Positions 39,657 through 48,090 of a stretch of DNA of 64,000 nucleotides are shown here, piece by piece. How positions within the stretch are numbered: position 1 is the first letter of the stretch; every line of letters begins with the position of its first letter. The DNA is from Candidatus Hydrogenedentota bacterium. GTDB lineage: Bacteria > Hydrogenedentota > Hydrogenedentia > Hydrogenedentales > SLHB01. The stretch spans positions 320,001-384,000 of the forward strand of contig CAXXYE010000004.1 in assembly GCA_963674865.2 (NCBI GenBank), read 5' to 3'. A model generated the notes under the pieces. It saw only the letters and a list, made by a program, of their open reading frames with translations, was not told the origin of the DNA and made no database searches. The position numbers and the translations under genes were made by a program.

Positions 39657-41261
39657 GTGCAGAAAACGATGCGAATCGCGACTTCTTGTGCATTTCTGGG
39701 ACTTTTCATGAGCTTTGGTGTTGCCGCCGTGGGTGATGATTACAACGTCCTGCGCTTTGGCGCGACGGGCAAGGGCGAGGTCCTTGACACCGCCGCGATC
39801 CAGGCGGCCATCGATGCCTGCGCCGAAGACGGCGGCGGCACGGTGCGTTTCCCCGCGGGCGCCTACCTCACCGGCACGCTCTTCCTCAAGGATCACGTGC
39901 GCCTCGACCTCGACTCGGGCGCGTGCATCCTCGGCAGCCCCAACGTCGAGGACTACCCTCTCATGAGATGCGGCTTTCCCTCGCGGACGGATCGCTACAC
40001 CGGCCGCGCCTTGCTATGGGGGGAGGGACTCGAGGACATCGCCATCACCGGGCGCGGCACGATTGACGGCCAAGGCGCGTTGTTCAAGGACAACAAGCCG
40101 TCCGGCGAGGCGTACGAGAAGCTGCTTGGCGCGTTCGACGACGCCACGCGGTACCGCCCGGCCGAGGCCTACATCAACCGGCCCTACGTGATTCGCTTCG
40201 TGAGCTGCCGGCGCGTCCTTATCGAGGGCATCCGCCTGCGCAACTCCGCCATGTGGATGCAGCACTACCTCGACTGCGATTTCCTCACCATCCGCGGCAT
40301 CGACGTCTACAACCACGTCTGCCACAACAACGACATGATGGATATCGACTGCTGCCGCAACGTAGTCATCGCCGACTGCGTGGGCGACACGGATGACGAC
40401 GCCCTCACGCTCAAGAGCACTGGCCCGCGCCCGACGGAACACGTCGCGATCACCAACTGCATCCTCCGCTCGCGCTGCAACGCCATCAAAGCCGGCACGG
40501 AATCCTCCGGCGGATTCAACGACATCGCCATCTCGAATTGCGTCATCCAGCCGTCGGCGGCGGACGAGGGATTGTACGGACGCCCGGAGGGACTGGCCGG
40601 GATTGCCCTCGAGATCGTGGACGGCGGCTCGCTCGAACGCGTGGCCATCTCGAACGTCGTCATCCAAGGCACCACCGCGCCTATCTTCATGCGGTTGGGC
40701 AATCGCGCGCGGCAATACAAGGCTGATGCGCCCGCGCCGCCCGTCGGCACCTTCCGCGATGTGACGCTTAACAACATCGTCGCCACGGACGCGGGGGCCA
40801 CCGGCTGCGCCATCGCCGGCCTCCCGGATCATCCCATCGAGAATGTCACACTGTCCAACGTGCGCATCCGATTCCTTGGCGGCGGCACGGTGGAGGAGAT
40901 CCAGGCGGAAGTGCCTGAGAAGGAAGGGAAGTATCCCGAGTGCACCATGTTCGGCGCGTTACCGGCCTACGGCTTCTACTGCCGCCACGTCGCCGGCCTG
41001 ACGCTCCGTACCATCGCCCTCGACTGCGATGCTCTCGACGCACGCCCGGCCCTGGCATGCGATGACGTGCGCGGCCTCCGCGTCGATGGACTCAACGCCC
41101 AAGTCGCCCCCGACGCCCCAGCCGTCATGATATTGAAGGCCACGCAAGACGCCTCTATCACCGGCTGCGCCGCCCCGCCCGCGCCAACCTTCCTGAAACT
41201 CGAAGGCCCCTGCGCCCGCATCAACACCGCTGCCGACCTCACCGGTGTCCAATCCCCCTAG
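39657..41261 (+). CDS. Pectin-lyase-fold glycoside hydrolase, GH28-like
   Basis: FGATG...DTAAIQAAID, GTIDGQG, NNDMMDID, TDDDALTLKS and AIKAGTES motifs. Confidence 0.85.
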   Translation: MQKTMRIATSCAFLGLFMSFGVAAVGDDYNVLRFGATGKGEVLDTAAIQAAIDACAEDGGGTVRFPAGAYLTGTLFLKDHVRLDLDSGACILGSPNVEDYPLMRCGFPSRTDRYTGRALLWGEGLEDIAITGRGTIDGQGALFKDNKPSGEAYEKLLGAFDDATRYRPAEAYINRPYVIRFVSCRRVLIEGIRLRNSAMWMQHYLDCDFLTIRGIDVYNHVCHNNDMMDIDCCRNVVIADCVGDTDDDALTLKSTGPRPTEHVAITNCILRSRCNAIKAGTESSGGFNDIAISNCVIQPSAADEGLYGRPEGLAGIALEIVDGGSLERVAISNVVIQGTTAPIFMRLGNRARQYKADAPAPPVGTFRDVTLNNIVATDAGATGCAIAGLPDHPIENVTLSNVRIRFLGGGTVEEIQAEVPEKEGKYPECTMFGALPAYGFYCRHVAGLTLRTIALDCDALDARPALACDDVRGLRVDGLNAQVAPDAPAVMILKATQDASITGCAAPPAPTFLKLEGPCARINTAADLTGVQSP

Positions 41262-41485
41262 CCCTCTCTGCAGAAACGCCCGAATCAGCACTGAGTACTG
41301 GGGTCAACCAACTTGTCGCGTACAAGGTTGACGCACTACACCTGCAGGTTGATTCTGAGGAGTGGGCCTTGCAGGCCTGGAGCGCGGGAGACCTCGCTTT
41401 CCTTGTGTCGCGTGACGAAATGTCAGAGCCTAGCATGCCGGATCTAACGCAGCCCTACCGTGCGCGTAAGCCCGTGGTCGTGAAA

Positions 41486-42391
41486 TCACTCGCCACTGAA
41501 GTAATCCGAATCGATTTTTTTGACTTCGTAAGAGGCCGAGGGGGTGACGCCAATGTTGTAGTCGATCATCAATTGTGTTAGTTGGTCCCCGTCGATGAGA
41601 ATAATCCTGGTATCAATGCGCGAGGCATAGCTGTGGGCTTCACGTGAGAAGTCTGCCGTCGTAATAAAGATGCCTTTGCGTGCACGCTGTCCCTGAAGGG
41701 CTCCAGCAAACTTCTGAATCTCTGGGCGACCGACAGTATTCTCCCATCGTTTCGCCTGAATGTAGATAATGTCGAGACCTAGGCGATCTTCCTTGATTAT
41801 GCCGTCTATGCCTTCGTCTCCAGTCTTGCCAACCGCTTTGCCAGCATCCTTCAAGCTGCCGCCGTAACCCATCTTGACGAGCAAGGCGACGACTGTTGTC
41901 TCGAACAGGCTCGGAGGGCTGCTCTTGAGTTGCTGCATAAGTTCGCCCGCCAGTTCGTTTGTTAGACTTTGGTATGCAGCCTCAAGGGCCTCCTCCGGAG
42001 TCGCATCAGATACCATATCCTCAGCCGCATCCTTGCCCTTGCTGTGACGAAGAGTCCGAAATGCCCTGAATTCCACAAACTGGTTCAAGAATCTGACGTT
42101 GATCCCGGTAGGCTTCTGCCTAAGAACTTTCAACCCACGCTCGGTTATTTTGAAAATGGCTCTCTTAGGCGATTCGAGGAGTCCGGCCTTCTTCATGTAC
42201 GTCCTTGCCCATCCGACCCTATTGTCGAACACGGGCTGGCGCCCGCTTGGGAGCAGTTCGTGTCGTTCTTTTTCTGTGAGGTTAAAGCGTGTGGCCATAT
42301 CTTCGATGGCTTGACGCAGGGCATGCTCATGCTGATCTCCGCAGTACTCAAGGAGTGGAAGCATGATCGCCTGATAATCTGGTATAGCCAA
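41486..42391 (-). CDS. mrr: Mrr-family type IV restriction endonuclease
   Basis: IPDYQAIMLPLL N-terminal domain, NRVGWARTYMKKAGL, GDEGIDGII and IYIQAKRW motifs; GGAGG RBS, TTG start. Confidence 0.93.
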   Translation of the reverse strand: MAIPDYQAIMLPLLEYCGDQHEHALRQAIEDMATRFNLTEKERHELLPSGRQPVFDNRVGWARTYMKKAGLLESPKRAIFKITERGLKVLRQKPTGINVRFLNQFVEFRAFRTLRHSKGKDAAEDMVSDATPEEALEAAYQSLTNELAGELMQQLKSSPPSLFETTVVALLVKMGYGGSLKDAGKAVGKTGDEGIDGIIKEDRLGLDIIYIQAKRWENTVGRPEIQKFAGALQGQRARKGIFITTADFSREAHSYASRIDTRIILIDGDQLTQLMIDYNIGVTPSASYEVKKIDSDYFSGE

Positions 42392-42532
42392 TTCAACCTC
42401 CTTAGTTCATCAAAGAACGGGAAGAAACCAGCTTGGGTATCTCGGGGAGGTGTTCGACGCGCCCCGTCAATGACGACTGTATCACTGGATCGGTTAGGCG
42501 TCAACCTGATTGGAGAGGCGGGGTCTTCCCGC

Positions 42533-43470
42533 GCGATGGCCGGATGATTCGCCTGACGGGGCCGCCGGGATGCGGTTTGTCTGACTTGATGACAGGATTG
42601 GCGAGATGGACTCTCTTGCGCGGCAGGCGCAGCGCGAAATCGTGTCAATCCTGTAGATCCTGTCAACGTACACTCCCAGGGATTGCGCGAAATAGGTGCT
42701 CTGCGCTGCTCGGCGTCCTCTGCGTCTCTGCGTTTAGATCTCCCCGTTGGGCTTGCTGCTGTTCTTGATCGCAGAGCCGCGGAGTTCGCAGAGGGGCCGC
42801 AGAGGATTTTCATCCGAGCCTTCTCGCGACGTGCCTGTGTTACATCTTTGCTCTTGTCGTGGGCCGCATGTGCGATGGCCGGATGATTCGCCTCACAGGG
42901 CCGCCGGGAAAAGGACTCCTTGACGGGATGACAGGATTGGCGAGTTGGACTCTCTTGCGCGGCAGGCGCGGCGCGAAATCCTGTTAATCATGTAAATCCT
43001 TCAACGTACACTCCCAGGGATTGCGCGAAATAGGCGCTCTGCGCTTCTCGGCGTCCTCTGCGTCTCTGCGTTTAGATCTCCCCGTTGGCCTGCTGCTGTC
43101 TTTTGAGCGCAGAGGTGCGGAGTTCGCAGAGGGGCCGCAGAGAATTTTCATCTGAGCCTTCTCGCGACGTGCCTGTGCCTCACCTTTGCTCTTGTCGTAA
43201 GCCGGCCGCGCAATGGCCGGATGATTCGCCTCACAGGGCCGCCGGGATGTGGCTTGCTTGACGAGATGACAGGATTGGGGAGATGGACTCTCTTGCGCGG
43301 CAGGCGCGGCGCAGACTCTCTTAGTTGCTCAGAGCCCTCAACGTGTTCTTCCAAGGACTCTGCGGAAGGGGTGCTCCGCGTTGCTCTGCGTACTCTGCTT
43401 CTCTGCGTTTGGGGCGGCAGTATCTCAACGCAGAGGTGCTGAGGACGCGGAGAAACGCAGAGAGTTTCAT
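42533..43470. repeat. Tandem array of ~338-bp palindrome-rich units (42533-42871, 42872-43209, partial diverged 43210-43470)
   Basis: Each unit starts gc(g/a)atggccggatgattcgcct and has a CTCTGCG...CGCAGAG inverted pair. Units 1 and 2 also have a GACAGGAT...ATCCTGT inverted pair; unit 3 keeps only its left arm. Confidence 0.92.
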
Positions 43471-43847
43471 CTAAGATCGTTGACGATGCGCTTGATCCCC
43501 TGCACAAGCGTGGATTCGTGGAAGTTGATGTTGAGGCCCAGACGGGTGCCGTTCAGCCGCAAGTACGTGAGCGTCTTCACGTGATCCAGCTCCGTCATCT
43601 TCTCCTTGGCCTTCACATCCACAATGACTTTCCCTTCGACGAGCAGATCGAGTCGCAGATCCGAGGCCAGCTTGACGCCCTTGTAAGCTATCGGCACCGC
43701 CGTCTGACGCTCAAACGCAATCCCGCAAAGATGAAACTCATGGCATAGGGCTTCCTCATATACCGACTCAAGAAGTCCCGGCCCCAGCTCGCGATGAACC
43801 TCTATGGCTGCACCAATCACCTGCTCAGAGATCTCGTTCTCATGCAT
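43467..43847 (-). CDS. GxxExxY protein (PD-(D/E)xK nuclease superfamily)
   Basis: VHRELGPGLLESVYEEAL, RLDLLVEGKVIVDVKA and GLNINF motifs. Confidence 0.93.
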   Translation of the reverse strand: MHENEISEQVIGAAIEVHRELGPGLLESVYEEALCHEFHLCGIAFERQTAVPIAYKGVKLASDLRLDLLVEGKVIVDVKAKEKMTELDHVKTLTYLRLNGTRLGLNINFHESTLVQGIKRIVNDLR

Positions 43848-43878
43848 CGCCTCTTCTCCGCTTCTTGCAGTCGTTCTG

Positions 43879-44009
43879 AACGCAGAGGGTCGCAGAGCCC
43901 TCTATCATGCATCAATTGTCCTCTGCGCTTCTCAGCGTCCTCGGCGTCTCTGCGTTAAGATCCACCACCGCCCTAAACGCAGGCGTGCTGGGTTCGCGGA
44001 AGGCCGCAG
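43879..44009. repeat. CGCAGAG/CTCTGCG repeat cluster upstream of GxxExxY
   Basis: 43921-43956 is the reverse complement of 43427-43462 at 31/36 nt; further copies at 43879-43897 and 43976-44009. Confidence 0.85.
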
Positions 44010-44015
44010 TGCTCC

Positions 44016-45929
44016 TCATTCAAGGGCTTTGAGGATCGCTTCCTTCGTCTTGTATTTGTCGCAGATGGTGCGGAGTTCATCGCGGGTGAGGGCGGCGGAA
44101 CCGGCCAACTCGAATTCGCCGAATTCGTCGACTGGGATGACGTAGTTGCTGGGGCCGAGTTGGTACGGCTCGACATCCTGCCACGGCCCGGCCTCACCCT
44201 TGAGCCGTACCATGGGAGGGCGTGCATACGATGCTTCGAGCGGGGCCAGGCGGACGCCGAGGGTCGCCCATAGCCGCGTCACCTTGCGGATGGGATCGAT
44301 GAATATGGGGATCGCCACGCGTGTGTCGCAGGCAAGGTCGGCGTCGCTTTCATACGCGTCGAGCCACGTCAGGGCCGCTTGTTTCGCGGCGTCCACATCG
44401 ACGGGCTCATCTTCGAGGAAGTTGGGCCGCATTCCGATGTCTTCACAGGCTACGAGGTAGAAGCCGTAGAAGCGTTGGCGCATGGCCGCGAGTTCGCTCG
44501 CCAGGTCCGTGCCGCGCTCGCCGCCTTTCTTGAGTCCGCGCAGGGCCTCGAGGCGTTCCACGCCGACGGCCGCCGTCAGGAAGTTCTCGAGAAATGCGTA
44601 GGCCCGCGCCGTGCGCAGATAGAAGGTGGCGCACGGCTCAACGCGCAGCCGTGGAGAGACAGAGTGCTCTGCGAAGGCAGTCGCTGGCGATTCGCGCAGT
44701 TCCAATTGCCGCGCATGGGTTTCGCGCCGTTTGGTGACGAGGGCCTTGAACGCATCGACTAGGCGCTTTTTGTACTTCGCCGTGAGCAGGAGTTTCTCGC
44801 TTTCCTGGCCTTTGGAAGGAACGAGCATGGTTTCGAGTGCATACACCTGGTACTGATACCACCCGTCTTCATCCTTGGGTGTGAGGTCCACCTCGCCGGA
44901 GCGAATGGCGCGAATCAACTCGAGCATAAGATCGGCCTCGGGCGGGAGGAAGTCAGTGAACACCTGGCCAAACAACTCATTCTCCCGGCTGGTGGACGGC
45001 GGGAATAGCGCCACGGCGCTGTTGTGCGCCCCGAGCCTGGCGGCCAGGGCTTTGAGGCCCTCATCCGTGCCGATCAGTGCGTCAACGGGCAGGCAGACAA
45101 GGGGATTTGTCAGCCGTCCGTAGAAGCCGTTGATGGTGCGGTAATCCTCGAGCAGGTTCGCATGCTCGGCGAGGACGGCGGCGATGGCACGAGGGGTGGC
45201 CAGATCATCTTCAGTGAATTGGAACTGGAGAAAGCGTGAGAATCGCCACACCGTTTCGAGTTCGGGCGTCCAGGTATAGAAGGCGATGGGCTTGCTGCGC
45301 GCTTCGTCACGCCGGAAGTCCGCGAGGTGCCTGTCCCGAACCTCTTGCTCCTCCGGTTCGAGCGCCACTTCGCGTCCCGCCAGTTTCAGGGCGGCGGCAA
45401 GGAAAGGTCGGGCCGGGCTTCCCGGGGGCGATTGCTCAAAGATGGCCTCGACGAGATCGGCGGGGGCGGGGGAGAGGCCAAGCGCGCCGCGGTAGCACGC
45501 CAGATCCAGCGCGGCATAGAGGCCGTCATCGAATTGCTTGGCCGCGCCGTCCAGCATGTTGGCGCTCGGGAGCAGTTGATGGCCGTGTCTCTTTGCCGCC
45601 TCGGCGGCTTGCGTGTAGGACGCGTGCAGGTCGAGGAGATCCGGCTCCACGTCCGGCTTGATGGCAGGACAGTCGAGCCTGATCACGGCGGCGCTCGCGT
45701 TCACCCACCAGTCGCCCAGGGGCCGGCTGTCCACCAGGTCTTCATCGAAGGCGGGATTCTTGTCCTCGAGCACGTCATCCACGAGGTTCAGGTCGTCCCG
45801 CGGAGGCGTCTCGTGGTATTCGGTTCTCGTCACGATGTCGTGCGTTACGAGCCACCAGACTGCGTAGCCAATGACGGCGATACATCCAAGCGTGAACAGG
45901 CAGCCTCTGAATACCGATTTGCGCTTCAT
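44016..45929 (-). CDS. Membrane-anchored hypothetical protein (637 aa)
   Basis: Long ORF with GAGGAG RBS and a single N-terminal TM helix; no recognised motif. Confidence 0.75.
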   Translation of the reverse strand: MKRKSVFRGCLFTLGCIAVIGYAVWWLVTHDIVTRTEYHETPPRDDLNLVDDVLEDKNPAFDEDLVDSRPLGDWWVNASAAVIRLDCPAIKPDVEPDLLDLHASYTQAAEAAKRHGHQLLPSANMLDGAAKQFDDGLYAALDLACYRGALGLSPAPADLVEAIFEQSPPGSPARPFLAAALKLAGREVALEPEEQEVRDRHLADFRRDEARSKPIAFYTWTPELETVWRFSRFLQFQFTEDDLATPRAIAAVLAEHANLLEDYRTINGFYGRLTNPLVCLPVDALIGTDEGLKALAARLGAHNSAVALFPPSTSRENELFGQVFTDFLPPEADLMLELIRAIRSGEVDLTPKDEDGWYQYQVYALETMLVPSKGQESEKLLLTAKYKKRLVDAFKALVTKRRETHARQLELRESPATAFAEHSVSPRLRVEPCATFYLRTARAYAFLENFLTAAVGVERLEALRGLKKGGERGTDLASELAAMRQRFYGFYLVACEDIGMRPNFLEDEPVDVDAAKQAALTWLDAYESDADLACDTRVAIPIFIDPIRKVTRLWATLGVRLAPLEASYARPPMVRLKGEAGPWQDVEPYQLGPSNYVIPVDEFGEFELAGSAALTRDELRTICDKYKTKEAILKALE

Positions 45930-46026
45930 GGGTTAGCTCCTCAGAGTACTCTGTAATCGGATTCACCGTTCGCATCGGACGCAGTGGAAATACAGGCCGC
46001 ATATCAGCCAGAAGTGAAGAATGTCC

Positions 46027-46791
46027 TCAGTGTTGAGCCCGAAATCCGCTTAGAAACTTGCGGATGCCTCGAATGACCTTGAGTGGCCGACAGGCTTTCG
46101 GCCTGTCCTTTGCATTGGCCGGAGCCTTGTTGAGTCTTTGCCCGCCCCACCCCCACACCCTTTCTTCCGCAGTCTTCTTGAATACTGTCAAGTTTCCGAT
46201 GTCGGCATGCCATTGATAGCTGTCTTCCGTTCGTAGAAACTCACAGAGCAAGCCTACCGACCTGATATGTGAGTCGTCTACGAGCAGGATGCCGCCCTTC
46301 TTCAGGCGGAGATCGATGTAATGCCAATCGACAATGGGTATGGGAAAGCTGTGGTTCCCATCGATAAGGGCGACATCGACCTTGCAGGCGCTATCGAGCT
46401 TCGGCAAGGCCGCGTCGGAGGTGGCATCCTTGAAGAGGAGCTCTCCTGTGGGCACATGATGCTCCTGCAGGAACTGCCGGATCATTTCGTTTGCCGTTAT
46501 GTCGGGATTCACACAGATATGCTTGCCGGCGTGGGCGGCAAACACGCAGGTCGACCACCCCCCTCCGGTTTCCAGCGTGGTACAGCTCCTGTCAACCATC
46601 TCCGCAATGTACTGCAAAACCTTGAGGGACGTGGCGTGGGAAGCACGTTGCAGACTAGCCGTATCTTGAGCCGTCTGGGAGAGGAAGCGCTCCGAACTCT
46701 TGAGGTCATCGGTGCCACTCTTTAACTGAAAGGCAGGAGAAAACGTCTCTAGCAATGAGATGATGCTGTTGCTATCCGTGGATTCAGGCAT
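46027..46791 (-). CDS. Class I SAM-dependent methyltransferase (Methyltransf_24-like)
   Basis: TLETGGGWST, ALIDGNHSF and LKKGGILLVDD motifs. Confidence 0.8.
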   Translation of the reverse strand: MPESTDSNSIISLLETFSPAFQLKSGTDDLKSSERFLSQTAQDTASLQRASHATSLKVLQYIAEMVDRSCTTLETGGGWSTCVFAAHAGKHICVNPDITANEMIRQFLQEHHVPTGELLFKDATSDAALPKLDSACKVDVALIDGNHSFPIPIVDWHYIDLRLKKGGILLVDDSHIRSVGLLCEFLRTEDSYQWHADIGNLTVFKKTAEERVWGWGGQRLNKAPANAKDRPKACRPLKVIRGIRKFLSGFRAQH

Positions 46792-46855
46792 GAATGTCTA
46801 GCTCTCCCTTTGTTTCCGGGCCTCCGGGCAATCCGCACGCGTCTCGGCGGATCTG

Positions 46856-47194
46856 CTACTCCGAGGGCGACGACTCCTCATCCAGCAGGCCGATCCACTC
46901 GATACTCTCTGGCGGGAGCCAAAGAACATTGGCCCAGCCACCGGCTGGAGGCTGATCGAAACGCATCTTGAGCCAGCCATCGCTTCTCTCTAGGAGGACG
47001 GCCTTCGTGAAGAAATAGGGGATATCGCCCGTCTTAAGCACACGAATCTCATACTGCTTTCCTATCTCGAGAGGGGGAAGACGATCCGCCTCGCGGCCGT
47101 GGGTTTCCGTACCCACAAAGTCGCCGGTGCTTATGCACCCGGCGAATGCCAGGCACAACACCACGCTCAACGCTCCCAACGCGCGCCTTTTCAT
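46856..47194 (-). CDS. Putative small lipoprotein
   Basis: MKRRALGALSVVLCLAFAG-C lipobox; AAGGAG RBS. Confidence 0.7.
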   Translation of the reverse strand: MKRRALGALSVVLCLAFAGCISTGDFVGTETHGREADRLPPLEIGKQYEIRVLKTGDIPYFFTKAVLLERSDGWLKMRFDQPPAGGWANVLWLPPESIEWIGLLDEESSPSE

Positions 47195-47257
47195 AAGCGA
47201 ATCTCCTTGTGTAAGGCGTAATGGCCCCACTTGTTCAGATGGCTCAATCAGCATCTC

Positions 47258-47415
47258 AGGGCGGATTGTAATCCGCCGATTCCGGTAAGACGGCGGGTCG
47301 CGACCCGCCCTACACCTGGCTTCTCATAGGCCGGTATCCTCCCATAGGACGTGTTCTTCTGGTGCTCCCAGGCGTCCACACGGTTCGAACAACGTAGGGC
47401 GGATTGTAATCCGCC
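47258..47415. repeat. GTAG-type REP sequences in a REPIN-like arrangement
   Basis: agggcggattgtaatccgcc (47258-47277), inverted ggcgggtcgcgacccgccctac (47292-47313) and gtagggcggattgtaatccgcc (47394-47415). Confidence 0.75.
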
Positions 47416-47621
47416 GATAGAGCTCACACGGTTCGAGAAAGGGGCAGGGACAGGTGCGGAGACGTAAGGCAGCGCCTGTGGCCGTGCGTATGCGTTGTAT
47501 CCCCATATGCGAATCATGGTGTAGCCCCTCCCAACACCTTGGGAAGAGTCTAGCACATTCACGGCGGCAAGGCTACGCCGTGTGTTGTACGATACAGGCG
47601 CGGGATGCGTTTAGCTCGGTT

Positions 47622-47942
47622 TCAGGATGGCTTCCCGGCTCGAACAGTGGGCGATTCGAAGGGAGACTTAACGGTACCTGTGAGGGCGCTGTGCGGCCGC
47701 AACTGGGCTGAGCTGACCTCGAACCTCTCGGGATTGCACGCACAGAAAAGCGTGAAACCTACGTAGAACGTCAACAACATCAACAGGAAGAGGACCAGTA
47801 AGGCAATGATCAGCGGCCGCCCTTGAGGATGGCCGCAGTTGCGGCAGAACAGGCTGTATGGACTAATCTGTGTTCCACAAAGCGTGCAACTGCGGAGTTG
47901 CGTGGCGGTTTTCTGATTGGCTTCAGGTGTTCCAGACATCAT
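47622..47942 (-). CDS. Zinc-ribbon membrane protein
   Basis: CTLCG...FCRNCG followed by a TM helix; GAGGG RBS. Confidence 0.7.
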   Translation of the reverse strand: MMSGTPEANQKTATQLRSCTLCGTQISPYSLFCRNCGHPQGRPLIIALLVLFLLMLLTFYVGFTLFCACNPERFEVSSAQLRPHSALTGTVKSPFESPTVRAGKPS

Positions 47943-48090
47943 CTGCCCTCCTATAGCTCGATACGAGGAACATCACCAGGTTATGCCCACGAACAGGAAA
48001 GACTCTGGTGCGGCCTTGATCTTCCACGTGTTGTCATGCACGGCACACTTTGAAAGCTCCGCAGGATATCTGAGGATGCGTGGTTTGTGG

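Noticed and set aside
41442..42499. Integron attC-like cores (ATCTAAC, GTTAGGC) on either side of mrr
   Set aside because: No paired RYYYAAC...GTTRRRY at attC distance with an internal palindrome, and no integrase gene.
42533..43470. CRISPR array or TIGR-like guide array
   Set aside because: Sequences between the 36-nt blocks are homologous to each other rather than unique spacers, the period is ~338 bp, and no cas or Nop-domain gene is present.
42193..43584. ORFs predicted across the repeat array (e.g. 42193-42813, 42433-42768, 43148-43507)
   Set aside because: Low-complexity translations of palindromic repeats; unit lengths of 339 and 338 do not preserve frame.
43427..43956. Classical IS element with terminal inverted repeats
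   Set aside because: The enclosed gene is not a recognised transposase and I see no target-site duplication; reported instead as a REPIN-like finding.
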